From the NCBI GenBank assembly GCA_016713135.1, contig JADJPR010000006.1:82169-146168 (forward strand): a stretch of DNA of 64,000 nt, given 5' to 3'. Positions within the stretch are counted from its first letter, which is position 1. Every line of letters begins with the position of its first letter. The translations under genes were made by a program, and so were the position numbers. This document shows positions 34,009 to 44,126 of the stretch, one piece after another. Under the pieces are notes generated by a model, which made no database searches, was not told the origin of the DNA, and saw only the letters and a list, made by a program, of their open reading frames with translations. The stretch is from Rhodanobacteraceae bacterium (GTDB taxonomy: Bacteria > Pseudomonadota > Gammaproteobacteria > Xanthomonadales > SZUA-5).

Positions 34009-35346
34009 TCAATGGTGCTCATGCCCTCCGGGCTTCGCCGTCGACACCGGCGCGTGCGCGGGCGGCAACGGTGCGCGGCGCACCGGATTGCCGAAGTCGG
34101 GATCGCGGCTGACGCACTGGGCCACGGTGCCGGACGGGTGGCGGTACCAACCGGGATCGCGGTAATCGCCGGGCGCCAGGTCGTCGCGCACCTTGATGAC
34201 GCTGAACATGCCGCCCATCTCGAGGTTCCCGAACGGACCCTTGCCCATCATCATCGGCAGGGTGTTCTCGGGCCCGGGCATGTGGCCCATGTCGGTGTGG
34301 TCCTGGTGCTCGGCCATGCCGTGCTCGCCCATCGCCATGTAGCCCGGCAGCATCTTGCGGATCTCGGCCTCGATGCCGCGCTGGTCCACGCCCAGCGTAT
34401 TTGGCACCTCGTGGCCCATGGCGTTCATCGTGTGGTGCGACTTGTGGCAGTGGAAGGCCCAGTCGCCGGCCTGGGCGATGAACTCGAGGTCGCGCGTCTG
34501 GCCTACGCCGACGATCTCGGTGACCTCGGTGCGCCACAGGTTCCGCGGCCAGCGTCCGCCATCGCCGCCAGTGACCCAGAAGCGCGGGCCGTGCATGTGG
34601 ATCGGGTGTTCGTGCATCGACAAATTGGCGACGCGGATGCGCACCCGCTCGCCGCTACGCGCCACCAAAGGTTCGATCGCCGGGAACACCTTGGAGTTGA
34701 AGGTCCACAGGTCGAACTCGGTCATCACCGACGGGTCCGGTCGCCAGGTGCCCGGATGCAGTGCCCAGTTGTGCAACAGGATCGCGTAGTCGCGGTCGAT
34801 GGGCTCGGGTTCCGGCTCGCGCGGGTGGATGATGAACAAACCCATCATGCCCACCGCCATCTGCACCATCTCGTCCGCATGCGGGTGGTACATGTGGGTA
34901 CCGTGCTGCTTGAGCGTGAACTCGTACTCGTAAGTCTCGCCGGGCTTGATATGCGGCTGGGTCAGGCCGCCCACGCCGTCCATCCCGGAGGGCAGGTCGA
35001 TCCCATGCCAGTGGATCGTGGTGTGCTCGGGCAGCCGGTTGGTCACGTAGATCCGCACCCGGTCGCCCTCGTCGACTTCGATCGTCGGCCCCGGCGTGCT
35101 GCCGTTGTAGCCCCAGCACTTCGCCCGCGTGCCCGGCGCGAACTCGTGCTCGATCTGCTCGGCGACCAGGTGGAAGACCTTGACCCCGTCGACCACTTGG
35201 TGGGGCAGGGTCCAGCCATTTGGCGTGCGCACCTTGGGATGCCGGCGCTCGCCCCCGGGCGCGGGCTCCTGCGCGAGCGTCGCGACGGGCAGGGCGGCGG
35301 CCAGTGTGGCGGCACCGGTGTTGCGGAAGAAATCGCGGCGGTTCAT
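34009..35346 (-). CDS. Multicopper oxidase with Tat signal (copper resistance, CopA/PcoA/CueO-like)
   Basis: The N-terminus MNRRDFFRNTGAATLAAALP is a twin-arginine signal. Copper ligand motifs are present: TIHWHG, MYHPH, HPIHMHG and FHCHKSHHTMNAMG. A Met/His-rich segment (GEHGMAEHQDHTDMGHMPG..PMMMG) also occurs. Confidence 0.9.
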   Translation of the reverse strand: MNRRDFFRNTGAATLAAALPVATLAQEPAPGGERRHPKVRTPNGWTLPHQVVDGVKVFHLVAEQIEHEFAPGTRAKCWGYNGSTPGPTIEVDEGDRVRIYVTNRLPEHTTIHWHGIDLPSGMDGVGGLTQPHIKPGETYEYEFTLKQHGTHMYHPHADEMVQMAVGMMGLFIIHPREPEPEPIDRDYAILLHNWALHPGTWRPDPSVMTEFDLWTFNSKVFPAIEPLVARSGERVRIRVANLSMHEHPIHMHGPRFWVTGGDGGRWPRNLWRTEVTEIVGVGQTRDLEFIAQAGDWAFHCHKSHHTMNAMGHEVPNTLGVDQRGIEAEIRKMLPGYMAMGEHGMAEHQDHTDMGHMPGPENTLPMMMGKGPFGNLEMGGMFSVIKVRDDLAPGDYRDPGWYRHPSGTVAQCVSRDPDFGNPVRRAPLPPAHAPVSTAKPGGHEHH

Positions 35347-35448
35347 GGGGGTGGGAGTTGGCGGCAGTGCTTGGAGTTCGAGGCCAGCAGGGTCAAAGGT
35401 GAAACGTAAAACGTCAAACTGGCCCGGCGCCCATTGACGTTTCCCATT

Positions 35449-36897
35449 TCACTTTTCACCTTGCTTGCCGTGGTGATGGTGCTCCGACGGGGCCTCGGCG
35501 CCAGGCAACACCGCCTCCACGCCCACGGTCGGCTCGAAGGCCTCGTCGTCATCCGGCAGCGGTCCGCCCACGGCGCGGCGCAACTCGGCACGCGCGACCC
35601 AATAGTCGCGCACGGCTTCGAGATAGGCCTGGTACGCGGCGTACTGTTCCTGCTTGACCCGCAGCAGTTCGAAGGCGCCCTCGAACATGAAGTTCACTTC
35701 GCGCTGGGTGCCATCGACGATGCCTTCGCGCTGGGGCAGCAGGATGGTGCGGTAATCCTCGGCAATCTGCCTTTCGACTTCGACCCGCTCGACGGCCAGC
35801 GCGATCTCGTTGTCGATGGCGATGCGCAATTCGTTGAGACGCGCATCGGCGGCTTCGAGCTCGGCCTTTGCCCTTGCGATGGCCGCCTGGCCCTGCTGGA
35901 AGATCGGCACCTCGATGGAAGCTTCGAGCCCGCGCACGCGCACGTCGCCACCCTCGGTCTCGCGCTCGACTCCAAGTTCGAAGGCGCCGAGCCAGCGCCA
36001 CCGGGTGGCCAGGTCGAGAGCATCCTGGCGCAGATCGCGCTCGCGGATCGCCGCAGCGAGGTCCAGCCGTTCGCGCTCGGCCCGCTGCAGCAGCTTCGCC
36101 TCGATGTAGCGGCCGGGTGGCGGCGCCGCGAGCGTGTCCGGCAACGCCCAACGCACGCTGCTGCGCTGGCCGAGCAGGCTGGCCAGGCGCGCGCGGACGC
36201 TGCGGGACGCCGCCTCGGCGCGGCGGGCTTCGATGGCCGCCTCGCTCGCCGCAGACTGTTCCAGCAGCAGTTTCAGCCGCGGCATGTTGCCGGCTTCGTG
36301 GAAACGCCCGGCAAGCTGGGCCGACAGGGATGCGGCCTTCGCAACGGCCCCACGCATGGCAGCAACTTGCTGCGCCGCGAGCGCCTCGAACCAGGCAATC
36401 TCGACCTCGGTCGCCAGGTCCAGCACCGCCGCAGCGACGATCCGCTGCACGCGCTGGTATTCCGCGCCGGAGATGCGCTTTTGCGCCGGCAGCAGCAGGG
36501 ATTCAGTGAAATCGCGCGACAACGACTGGGTGTAGGTGCGGCTGCCATCGTTCTTCTCGCGCACCCAGCCGATGCGCGGGTTGGACAATCGGCTGGCATC
36601 GATCAAGTCGCCGCGTGCGATGCCGAGCTGCGCGTACTCGGCCTGCACCCGCGGATTGGCCAGCAGCGCCACGCTGACCGCGCGTTCCAGCGTCAGCGGA
36701 CCTGCCAGCAATTCGTCCACCCGCGCCTGCAATGCGGCTGCCTCGCGCTCGCCGCTGGGCGCCTCGATGCCGGGCCGCAACCGGGACGCCACCAGCGAAT
36801 CGACGGAATCGATACCCTGCTGACGTGTCGGCGTCGCACAGCCGACCAAGACCAGCAGTGCCAGTCCCAGGCCAGCGCGTTTGCATCGATTGTTCAC
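35449..36897 (-). CDS. TolC/CusC-family outer-membrane efflux lipoprotein
   Basis: The start was set to in-frame GTG 36897 (VNNRCKRAGLGLALLVLVGCATP, a lipobox). The body is long, coiled-coil-rich OMF-like sequence, and the C-terminus is His-rich (SEHHHHGKQGEK). Confidence 0.75.
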   Translation of the reverse strand: MNNRCKRAGLGLALLVLVGCATPTRQQGIDSVDSLVASRLRPGIEAPSGEREAAALQARVDELLAGPLTLERAVSVALLANPRVQAEYAQLGIARGDLIDASRLSNPRIGWVREKNDGSRTYTQSLSRDFTESLLLPAQKRISGAEYQRVQRIVAAAVLDLATEVEIAWFEALAAQQVAAMRGAVAKAASLSAQLAGRFHEAGNMPRLKLLLEQSAASEAAIEARRAEAASRSVRARLASLLGQRSSVRWALPDTLAAPPPGRYIEAKLLQRAERERLDLAAAIRERDLRQDALDLATRWRWLGAFELGVERETEGGDVRVRGLEASIEVPIFQQGQAAIARAKAELEAADARLNELRIAIDNEIALAVERVEVERQIAEDYRTILLPQREGIVDGTQREVNFMFEGAFELLRVKQEQYAAYQAYLEAVRDYWVARAELRRAVGGPLPDDDEAFEPTVGVEAVLPGAEAPSEHHHHGKQGEK

Positions 36898-36964
36898 GCG
36901 GCAATTCCGTCGATAGTCCGAGGCGAGTATGCGGCGCTCCGCGTGTGGCCCGGGTGGACCTGGA

Positions 36965-39193
36965 TCAAGCGCGCGCAGACGAGGGCCGCCAGCGCCGCAG
37001 CAACAGGGTGTTGCCGACCACGCTGACGCTGGAGAAGGCCATGGCCGCGCCGGCAATGACCGGATTCAGCAGCCCCGCGGCGGCCAGCGGAATGCCGATC
37101 AGGTTGTAGATGAAGGCCCAGAACAGGTTCTGGTGGATCTTGCGCGTGGTCCGGCGCGACAGATCGATCGCATCGGCCACCAGCCGCGGGTCGGGGCGCA
37201 TCAGGGTCACGCCGGCGGCGTGCATGGCGACGTCGGTGCCGCTGCCCATCGCGAAGCCCGCGGTCGCGGCCGCCAGCGCCGGTGCGTCGTTGACGCCATC
37301 GCCGACCATCGCCACCGGTCCGTGCGCCGCCAGTTCGCGCACTGCATCCGCCTTGTGTTCGGGCAACACGTCGGCACGTACCTCGTGGATGCCCACCGAG
37401 CGCGCCAGCGTGTCAGCGGCGGCCCGGTGGTCGCCCGAAATCAGCACGCTGCGAATGCCCATTCGATCCAGCGCGCGCACCGCCGCGGCCGACTCCGGGC
37501 GTGCCTGGTCGCCGAAGGACAGCAGCCCGTGGACGCATCCGTCCGCGTCCGCGAGCCAGGCAATGCTGCGTCCGGCCGACTGCTGCTCGGCGGCCTGGGA
37601 CGCCAGCGGCGACCGATCGACCCGGAGCTCCTGCATCCAGCGCTCGCTGCCCAGGCGCCAGAGACGGCCATCGACCTGCGCCTGGATGCCGCGACCGGCG
37701 ACCGCACGCACATCAAAGCCGACCGGCGAGGCGAGCTGGCGCTCGCGCGCCGCAGCCAGCACGGCGCGGGCCAGCGGATGTTCGCTGCCCGCTTGCAGCG
37801 CCGCCGCCGTGCGCAGCAGCGCATCCTCGTCGCCATCAGTCGCGGCCAGCGCAAGCAGCCGCGGCTGGCCCAGCGTCAGCGTGCCGGTCTTGTCGAAAAC
37901 CACCGTGCGCACACTGCGCGCCAGTTCCAGCGCTTCGGCGTCCTTGATCAGGATGCCGGCACGGGCGGCCACACCGGTACCGGCCAGGATTGCCGTGGGT
38001 GTCGCCAGACCGAGCGCACAGGGGCAGGCGATCACCAGGACCGACACGGCGTGCAGGATCGCGCGGCTCCAGTCGCCTGCGGCCAGACCCCAGCCCAGCA
38101 GGGTCAGCAGCGCGATCGCGGCCACCACCGGCACGAACACGGCGCTGACGCGGTCGACGATCCGCTGGATCGGCGCCTTGCGCGCTTGCGCGTCCTCCAC
38201 CAGCCGGATGATTCGCGCCAGCGCAGTTTCAGCGCCGACCGCGGTGGTACGCAGCAGCAGCAGGCCTTCGCCGTTGACCGCGCCGGCGATCACCGTCGCG
38301 CCCGGCTCCTTCGCCAGCGGCAGCGACTCTCCCGTCAGCAAGGACTCGTCGACATGGCTGCGGCCGTCCTCTACCCGACCATCCACCGCGATGCGCTCGC
38401 CTGGCAGCACGCGCACGCGATCGTCCACGCGCACCTGGGCGATCGGCAATTCACGCTCGACGCCATCGCGAATCACCCGCGCCGTGTCCGGCCGCAGCGT
38501 CTGCAGTGCCTGGATCGCCTCGCTGGCCTGCCGCCGCGCACGCCCCTCGAGCCACTTGCCCAACAGCACCAGCGTGATCACCACCGCCGACGCCTCGAAA
38601 TACAGATGCGCTTCGCCGTGGCGTGCGTCCACCGCGAGCAGTTGGTACACGCTGAGCCCGTAGGCCGCACTGGTACCGATGGCCACCAGCAGGTCCATGT
38701 TGCCACTGCCGGACTTCAGCGCACCCCAGCCAGCGCGATAGAAGCGGGCGCCCAGCCAGAACTGCACCGGCGTCGCCAGCCCCAGCTGCAGCCAGCCCGG
38801 CAGCATCCAGTGCACGCCGAACAACAACCCGAGCATCGGCAACACCAACGGCGCGCTCAGCATTGCAGCGATCATCAGGTGGCGCCGCTCTGAGTCCACT
38901 CGCGGCCGTGGCGCTTCGAGTGCGAGGCCAGTATCCGGGTCCTCGGGAGGCCACACGGCTTCGAAGCCGGCTTTTGCGATCGCCGCGGAGATGTCATCGC
39001 GAGCCAGCTCTGCGGCACCGCTCACCCGAGCCCACCCAGTAGCCAGGTTCACGCTTGCCGCCGCCACGCCGGGCAGCCTGTTGAGTGCTCGCTCGGCCCT
39101 TGCGACACAGGAGGCGCAGGTCATTCCTGCGATGCCCACCCGCCATTCCTCTTTCGCAGCCACCGCGATCCTGCCCTTGTCCATGGAGAGCAC
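36965..39193 (-). CDS. copA: Copper-translocating P1B-type ATPase
   Basis: Motifs present: N-terminal [15 protein letters not shown], the CPC motif ([11 protein letters not shown]), DKTGTLT, and [11 protein letters not shown]. The start could be GTG 39193 or ATG 39184. Confidence 0.92.
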   Translation of the reverse strand: MLSMDKGRIAVAAKEEWRVGIAGMTCASCVARAERALNRLPGVAAASVNLATGWARVSGAAELARDDISAAIAKAGFEAVWPPEDPDTGLALEAPRPRVDSERRHLMIAAMLSAPLVLPMLGLLFGVHWMLPGWLQLGLATPVQFWLGARFYRAGWGALKSGSGNMDLLVAIGTSAAYGLSVYQLLAVDARHGEAHLYFEASAVVITLVLLGKWLEGRARRQASEAIQALQTLRPDTARVIRDGVERELPIAQVRVDDRVRVLPGERIAVDGRVEDGRSHVDESLLTGESLPLAKEPGATVIAGAVNGEGLLLLRTTAVGAETALARIIRLVEDAQARKAPIQRIVDRVSAVFVPVVAAIALLTLLGWGLAAGDWSRAILHAVSVLVIACPCALGLATPTAILAGTGVAARAGILIKDAEALELARSVRTVVFDKTGTLTLGQPRLLALAATDGDEDALLRTAAALQAGSEHPLARAVLAAARERQLASPVGFDVRAVAGRGIQAQVDGRLWRLGSERWMQELRVDRSPLASQAAEQQSAGRSIAWLADADGCVHGLLSFGDQARPESAAAVRALDRMGIRSVLISGDHRAAADTLARSVGIHEVRADVLPEHKADAVRELAAHGPVAMVGDGVNDAPALAAATAGFAMGSGTDVAMHAAGVTLMRPDPRLVADAIDLSRRTTRKIHQNLFWAFIYNLIGIPLAAAGLLNPVIAGAAMAFSSVSVVGNTLLLRRWRPSSARA

Positions 39194-39407
39194 TCTGCGC
39201 CGGACCTCACCGTAGCTTCAACCCCGCAACGTTGCCGAAGATCACCCGCCATCCGCACCAGGGCGGTAGCGGTTCAAAGCGCTTGCGTGCCGGAGTTGCG
39301 ATTCCGGTCACAACCAGAGGCCGCCCCGGCGTGCCATAAGCGATTTCGCTCAGCTTGCGGAACCCGCAGGCTGGCCGCGACGGCGCAACCCTTCCCGGGA
39401 GTACCTC

Positions 39408-39605
39408 ATGCATCTCGACGTCGACAACTTGTCCTGCCAGCACTGCGTGCGCACCGTCACCAGCGCCATCCGCACCCTCGACGCCAACGCCCACGTGGAA
39501 GTGGACCTGGCACGCGGTCAAGTCATTGCCGAGGGCAACCTCGAGCCGGAGAAAGTCATCGCCGTGCTGTTTGAGGAGGGGTACCCGGCAAGGGCGGTCG
39601 ACTGA
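39408..39605 (+). CDS. copZ: Small heavy-metal-associated (HMA) copper chaperone-like protein
   Basis: The 65-aa product is MHLDVDNLSCQHCVRTVTSAIRTLD.., with a CxxC in a ferredoxin-like HMA context. It is divergent from copA. Confidence 0.75.
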   Translation: MHLDVDNLSCQHCVRTVTSAIRTLDANAHVEVDLARGQVIAEGNLEPEKVIAVLFEEGYPARAVD

Positions 39606-39789
39606 TGGATGCGCCGCACGGTAGTACCACGCCAGATCTAAATTTTACATAATCTTGATTAGGCGCAAGAGTATGGAAATGGGCGCGATCGCGCCGGACG
39701 TCCCTCCGCGCCCCCTTCAAGCCGCCGGCAGGCGCAGCATCAAGGTAAGCGTCCGACAGCGCCATTGGTGCTCTGCCGGCGAGGATCTG

Positions 39790-41292
39790 TTACCCCGATC
39801 TCGGTGCCCAGCTCATCGGCAGCAGCGCATCGATCTCCCGGTTGAGCGTCGTCGGCAGGCGCTCCAGGACATCGGTCAGGTAGGCCACCGGATCACGGCC
39901 ATGCGCCTTGGCGGTTTCGATCAGGCTGGTGACGATGGCGCACGCCTCACCGCCGCGTTCGCTTCCCGCGAACAGCCAGTTCTTGCGCCCCACGGCGATC
40001 TCTCGCAACGCGCGCTCGGCGGCGTTGTTGTCGATGGCGACCGCGCCGTCGTCCAGATAGCGCGTCAACGCATCCCAGTGCTTGAGAGTGTACCCGATCG
40101 CAAGTGCCGTCGGCGATTTCGGCAATAGCTCGCGCAAGCTGTCCTCGCACCAGGACCGGAGTGCTTCAAGGATCGGCCGTGCCTCCTGCTGTCGCCGTTT
40201 GCCGCGCTCCGGCGGACTTTCTCCCGCCTCGCTCGCGGCCCTTTCGATGGCGAACAGCTCACCGATCCGCTCGACCGCCTCGTGCGCCAGTACGCGGTGG
40301 CCGCTCTTGTCGGCCAATGCGGCGATCTCAAAGAACTTTCGCCGGGCATGGGCCCAGCAGCCGACTTCCAGGATCTCCGGCCGCTGGCGATACAACTCGT
40401 CGTAGTTGCTCGCCGCATCCGCCTGCAGCCAGCCGCCCTTCCACGAGCGCAGGAAGTCACGCACATGCTGGCCGGCCTTGTCGACCGTGAAGTCGTAGAC
40501 CACGATGGCCGGATCGCGGCCCACATAGGCCCAGGCCCGCGCGCTGATCGTGCGGCCCACCGATTGCAGCGGCAGCACGGTCTCGTCGACATGGATCACC
40601 TTCTGCTGCATCAGCGCCGCGTGCAGCCGCAGCACCAGGGGCTTGAGCCATCCCGACAACGCGATCACCCAGTCAGACAGAGTGCTGCGCGGGATCGCCA
40701 CACCGCCGCGGCTGTAGATCTCCTCGATGCGGAACAGCGGCAGGTGATCGGCGTACTTGGACACCAGCAGGTGCGCACCCAGGCTCGCATCCAGGTGTGA
40801 GCCGTCGATCAGCTGCGCCGGCAGCCTGGCGCAGCGCACGCCCGCCTCCGGCTGCCGCGGATCGGCGTACTTGGGGCGCACGATCAGCTTCTTGAAGAAG
40901 ACCGCCGGCTTGAAGCACAGCTTGACCGTCACTTCCTCGCCGATCCGCTTGAGCGGCGCGCCGTCGGCGGCCACCTTCTCGGACTCGGGCAGATCGACTT
41001 CGACCCGCTCTTCCGGCAGCCCCTTGGGCAGCACCAGGCGCTGGCGCTCGGTCACGGTCTTCTTCGGGGTCACCGGTTGCTCGGACCGGATCTCCTGCTC
41101 GATCAGTTCGATGTCGGCATTGCCGAACATCGTCAGCTGATCGGCGTTCTCCGAGGACGCGCCGAAGCGCTGGCGCTTGAGCGCGGCGAGTTGCTGTTCG
41201 AGGGCGGCCAGGCGCGCTTCGGCGCTCTCGGCGCGAGCCAGCGCCGCCTCGTAATCAGCGCGGGGGACGACATCAGTGCTTGCCAGGACCAT
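39790..41292 (-). CDS. tnpC: IS66-family transposase TnpC
   Basis: The 500-aa product opens with a leucine-zipper-like N-terminus (AESAEARLAALEQQLAALKRQRFGASSE). The layout is typical of IS66 transposases. Confidence 0.9.
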   Translation of the reverse strand: MVLASTDVVPRADYEAALARAESAEARLAALEQQLAALKRQRFGASSENADQLTMFGNADIELIEQEIRSEQPVTPKKTVTERQRLVLPKGLPEERVEVDLPESEKVAADGAPLKRIGEEVTVKLCFKPAVFFKKLIVRPKYADPRQPEAGVRCARLPAQLIDGSHLDASLGAHLLVSKYADHLPLFRIEEIYSRGGVAIPRSTLSDWVIALSGWLKPLVLRLHAALMQQKVIHVDETVLPLQSVGRTISARAWAYVGRDPAIVVYDFTVDKAGQHVRDFLRSWKGGWLQADAASNYDELYRQRPEILEVGCWAHARRKFFEIAALADKSGHRVLAHEAVERIGELFAIERAASEAGESPPERGKRRQQEARPILEALRSWCEDSLRELLPKSPTALAIGYTLKHWDALTRYLDDGAVAIDNNAAERALREIAVGRKNWLFAGSERGGEACAIVTSLIETAKAHGRDPVAYLTDVLERLPTTLNREIDALLPMSWAPRSG

Positions 41293-41363
41293 CCCGGCAG
41301 GCTACCCAGCGAGCACCGGAAAGCAATGCAAGTAACTGATCTGCCGTCAAAAAGACAGATCGA

Positions 41364-41693
41364 TCAAGCCACCCGCATCGCGGTTACCGGGCGTAGCCTG
41401 CGCACCGACAGATCGATCCCTTCCAGCACCAGCCGCAGGTCGCTCTCCGACAGCGCCCCCGCCGTCACCGACGAGAATCGTCCACGCTCCAGACGCTTGT
41501 ACATCAGCCACCACCCATGGCGGTCGTACCAGAGGATCTTGACCTTGTCGCGCCCACGGTTGAAGAACACGTGCGCACTCGACAACGCCCGCTGCGGCCC
41601 CAGGCTGGCCTGCACCCGCAGCGCCAGGCCGTCGATGCCCAGACGAAAACCCACCGCATCGGCGCATACCCAGACCGGTAGGCCGCCGACCAT
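41364..41693 (-). CDS. tnpB: IS66 accessory protein TnpB (Orf2)
   Basis: ..VWVCADAVGFRLGIDGLALRVQ...VFFNRGRDKVKILWYDRHGWWLMYKRLERGRF.. is the typical IS66 Orf2 signature. Confidence 0.85.
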   Translation of the reverse strand: MVGGLPVWVCADAVGFRLGIDGLALRVQASLGPQRALSSAHVFFNRGRDKVKILWYDRHGWWLMYKRLERGRFSSVTAGALSESDLRLVLEGIDLSVRRLRPVTAMRVA

Positions 41694-41875
41694 CAGCGCC
41701 GGCGCTCGAAACGCAGTGGCTCGCCGACCAGCTCACGCAACAGCCGCCGGCGCCAAGACATGAAGGTTGCGTACGACCAACCCTGCGCCCGGCAATACAC
41801 CCGAGCGCTCAGGCGACTGCGCGAAGCGGCGCAGATGCGCATGAACCAGACCAACGAACCGAGGGAACGGGCCAC
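41693..41875 (-). CDS. tnpA: IS66 accessory protein TnpA (Orf1), short
   Basis: ..SARVYCRAQGWSYATFMSWRRRL.. resembles the HTH/WRRRL motif of IS66 Orf1. The stop overlaps the tnpB start (TGATG). Confidence 0.5.
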   Translation of the reverse strand: MARSLGSLVWFMRICAASRSRLSARVYCRAQGWSYATFMSWRRRLLRELVGEPLRFERRR

Positions 41876-41989
41876 GGCAGGACCCCGAAGCCGATGAAGC
41901 CGTCAGCCTCGCAGCCATCCGAGATGGACGGAAGAATGGGCGCGGTCGGACGGATACGCATCAAGGTCATCGGATGCAGCGATTAAGCC

Positions 41990-42419
41990 TGAAAGCCCGA
42001 TCTCGGCCGTCGATGTCGGCAAGCAGCTTCAGCGCGAGTTCGTCCAGCTCGCCGCCCTCGCGCACGCATCCAAGGCGATCACCGGCAAGCGCAAGCTCGA
42101 AGAGCGCATCGTCGAGCACCTGATCGCCTCGCCCACCCCGGCAGTCGCCGAACTCGTTGCCTCGCTGCGCGAGCGCCTCGCTGGCGCTCCCTGGCGCGTG
42201 ATCTCCGCGCGCAAGGCCGACAAACTCCTGCGCCAGAAGCTGTTCGAGCGCGTGTTCGCCGTCCGCGTCCGCGGGTTCACCCGCAACTACCGCAACGCCG
42301 AACTCGACATGCACCTCTCGCTCGACCAAGACATGACCCCGCTCACCCGGTTCCTCACCATCATCCGAGAGAAAGGACTCCACGGTGCGACCGTGGAACT
42401 TGAGCGCGGGACGGTTTGA
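41990..42419 (+). CDS. Orphan ORF or remnant of unknown function, with no canonical start. Its frame continues across the IS66 insertion site.
   Basis: The frame reads ..VGKQLQREFVQLAALAHASKAITGKRKLEERIVEHL...FAVRVRGFTRNYRNAELDMHLSLDQDMTPLTRFLTIIREKGLHGATVELERGTV*. I do not recognise any family. Confidence 0.3.
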
Positions 42420-42432
42420 AGCACAACGGCCG

Positions 42433-42741
42433 TCATCGCGCCGCCAGCCGTCGCGCCATCCCGATCCCGCGCATCCAACGCTGACCCAGCGCCTGCGCCT
42501 GCTCGATCAAGCGTTCCGCCGAACCGATCGCGCGGCTGTACGTCGAGCGAACCGCCATGACCTGCTCCGGCCAGCGACCGCCTGCGCCCACCCGCGCCAG
42601 CGCGGCCGGCAGCGCCCCGCGGATCACGCCGCGTTTGCCCTCGCGCAACACTCGCCCGGTGGCGTCGACCAACCGCAGATAATCCACCTGCGATATCGCC
42701 AGCACGCACAAACCCGTCACCCCGGCGATCGGCGCCAGCGG
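42433..42741 (-). pseudogene. 5'-truncated fragment (last ~102 codons) of a paralogue of the HUH/Y1 transposase-like gene
   Basis: PLAPIAGVTGLCVLAISQVDYLRLVDATGRVLREGKRGVIRG..AIGSAERLIEQAQALGQRWMRGIGMARRLAAR aligns with the C-terminus of the intact copy (ELAPVLGIRGLSVTALTTTEYIELVDMTGRQWHPTKRGRITG..VIGSESALLDKAAEIGQRWLRGLGVARSFSN). Confidence 0.75.
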
Positions 42742-42891
42742 CGCGGCCGCCCGTTCCGGCTCCGCTTCCATCGCCGGGAAGCGGGGACACGCATGGCGGG
42801 AAGCGGGGACACGCACAGATTGGCGGCTTTCCGACTCCGCCGTCAGAACTTTCCGACAGCCCGCACCCGCGGTCCGCGCCATGCTACTCCC

Positions 42892-43905
42892 ATGACGCAA
42901 GCCCGCTCCCTGCTGGTCCCCGCCAACGCCCACGGCGTCTATCACTGCGTGTCCCGCTGTGTACGCCGCGCCTGGCTCTGCGGGCGGGATCCATTGACCG
43001 GCGCGGATCACGAGCATCGCCGGCAGTGGGTTGAAGATCGCCTGGCGCAGTTGGCTGAGCTGTATGCCGCCTCGATCTGGGCCTACGCGGTGATGAGCAA
43101 TCACCTGCATGTCGTGATCGAGATGCATGCCGACGTCGCGCGGGACTGGAACCCGGACGAGGTCGCCACTCGCTGGCTGGGGCTCTATCCGCCGGAGGAT
43201 GGTCAGTACGAATCAGCGAAGGCGCAGATCGTCGCGAACGATACCCGTCTGGCCGTGCTGCGCGCGCGGCTCTGCAGCCTATCGTGGTTCATGAAGTCGC
43301 TGAGCGAGCCCATCGCCCGGCGCGCGAATGTCGAGGACCACTGCAAGGGCCGATTCTGGGAAGGGAGGTTCCGTTCCCAAGTGCTGCTCGACGAGACCGC
43401 GGTGCTGTCGGCCATGGCCTATGTGGACCTGAACCCGATCCGCGCCGGCATGACCTCGCAACTGGAGGGGTCGGTGCACACGAGCATCCTGAAACGCATC
43501 CGAGCCATTGAGTCGGATCCGGGTGGCGAGACATTGGCATGCACGACCGTTCGCAACGGTCGCGCCACAGCCAGCGTACCGTGCCGACCTGAGCTGGCAC
43601 CCGTGCTGGGTATTCGCGGCCTGTCGGTGACGGCGCTCACAACCACTGAGTACATCGAACTGGTCGACATGACCGGCCGCCAATGGCACCCCACCAAGCG
43701 TGGACGCATCACGGGAAAGCCGCCGGCCGTCCTTGCCCGCCTAAGAATGGACTCAAGCGAGTGGACCCACCGCGTGCGCGCGGTCAAGCCCGAGCAAGGC
43801 TTCTGTCGCGTGATCGGCAGCGAAAGTGCGCTCCTCGACAAAGCCGCCGAGATCGGCCAGCGCTGGCTGCGCGGCCTCGGCGTGGCTCGTTCGTTCTCGA
43901 ACTGA
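42892..43905 (+). CDS. IS200-like HUH (Y1) tyrosine transposase family protein (RAYT-like), 337 aa
   Basis: From ATG 42892. HUH motif: AVMSNHLHVVIE. Catalytic Tyr region: AYVDLNPIRAGM. Also present: GRFWEGRFRSQVL. Confidence 0.75.
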   Translation: MTQARSLLVPANAHGVYHCVSRCVRRAWLCGRDPLTGADHEHRRQWVEDRLAQLAELYAASIWAYAVMSNHLHVVIEMHADVARDWNPDEVATRWLGLYPPEDGQYESAKAQIVANDTRLAVLRARLCSLSWFMKSLSEPIARRANVEDHCKGRFWEGRFRSQVLLDETAVLSAMAYVDLNPIRAGMTSQLEGSVHTSILKRIRAIESDPGGETLACTTVRNGRATASVPCRPELAPVLGIRGLSVTALTTTEYIELVDMTGRQWHPTKRGRITGKPPAVLARLRMDSSEWTHRVRAVKPEQGFCRVIGSESALLDKAAEIGQRWLRGLGVARSFSN

Positions 43906-44126
43906 GCGCGACAGGCCATCCTTTTCGGCGCCGCGGGCGCCTGGGGGCGTTGGCTTTGGCCGGACCAAGTCGTTGAAATCACGAAGGAATCAGCCGCGAC
44001 GGGCGCGTTTTTCCCCGTTCGTTGTCGGTGGAATCGATGGGTGTTGAAATGGACGCCTCCCCCTTGCGGCTTCATCGAGCCAGACTGGATGTGCAGCACC
44101 ACAGTCAACAGAAGGAGGCGTCCGAC

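Larger units (their letters stand above)
39745..41957 (-). mobile_element. IS66-family insertion sequence, structurally intact, flanked by a perfect 8-bp target-site duplication GCATCAAG
   Basis: The terminal inverted repeats are GTAAGCGTCCGACAGCGCC (39745-) and the reverse complement of 41939-41957, GTATCCGTCCGACCGCGCC (16/19 match). The duplication lies at 39737-39744 and 41958-41965. The tnpA-tnpB-tnpC gene order is typical. Confidence 0.9.

Noticed and set aside
36898-37056. Start of the TolC-like gene at 37056
   Set aside because: It would overlap the 3' end of copA by 92 nt and add a non-signal N-terminus. In-frame GTG 36897 gives a lipoprotein signal ending LVGC.
39210-39240. Possible CueR/MerR-type operator (cttcaaccccgcaacgttgccgaag) in the copA-copZ intergenic region
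   Set aside because: Only the outer 4 nt are complementary, the interior is not a dyad, and the spacing does not match the 19-20-bp -35/-10 architecture of MerR promoters.
41733-41961. ORFs starting at ATG 41961 or 41918 as a longer IS66 tnpA
   Set aside because: ATG 41961 lies in the flanking target duplication outside the terminal repeat. The frames are different from the WRRRL-containing tnpA frame and encode no recognisable motif.
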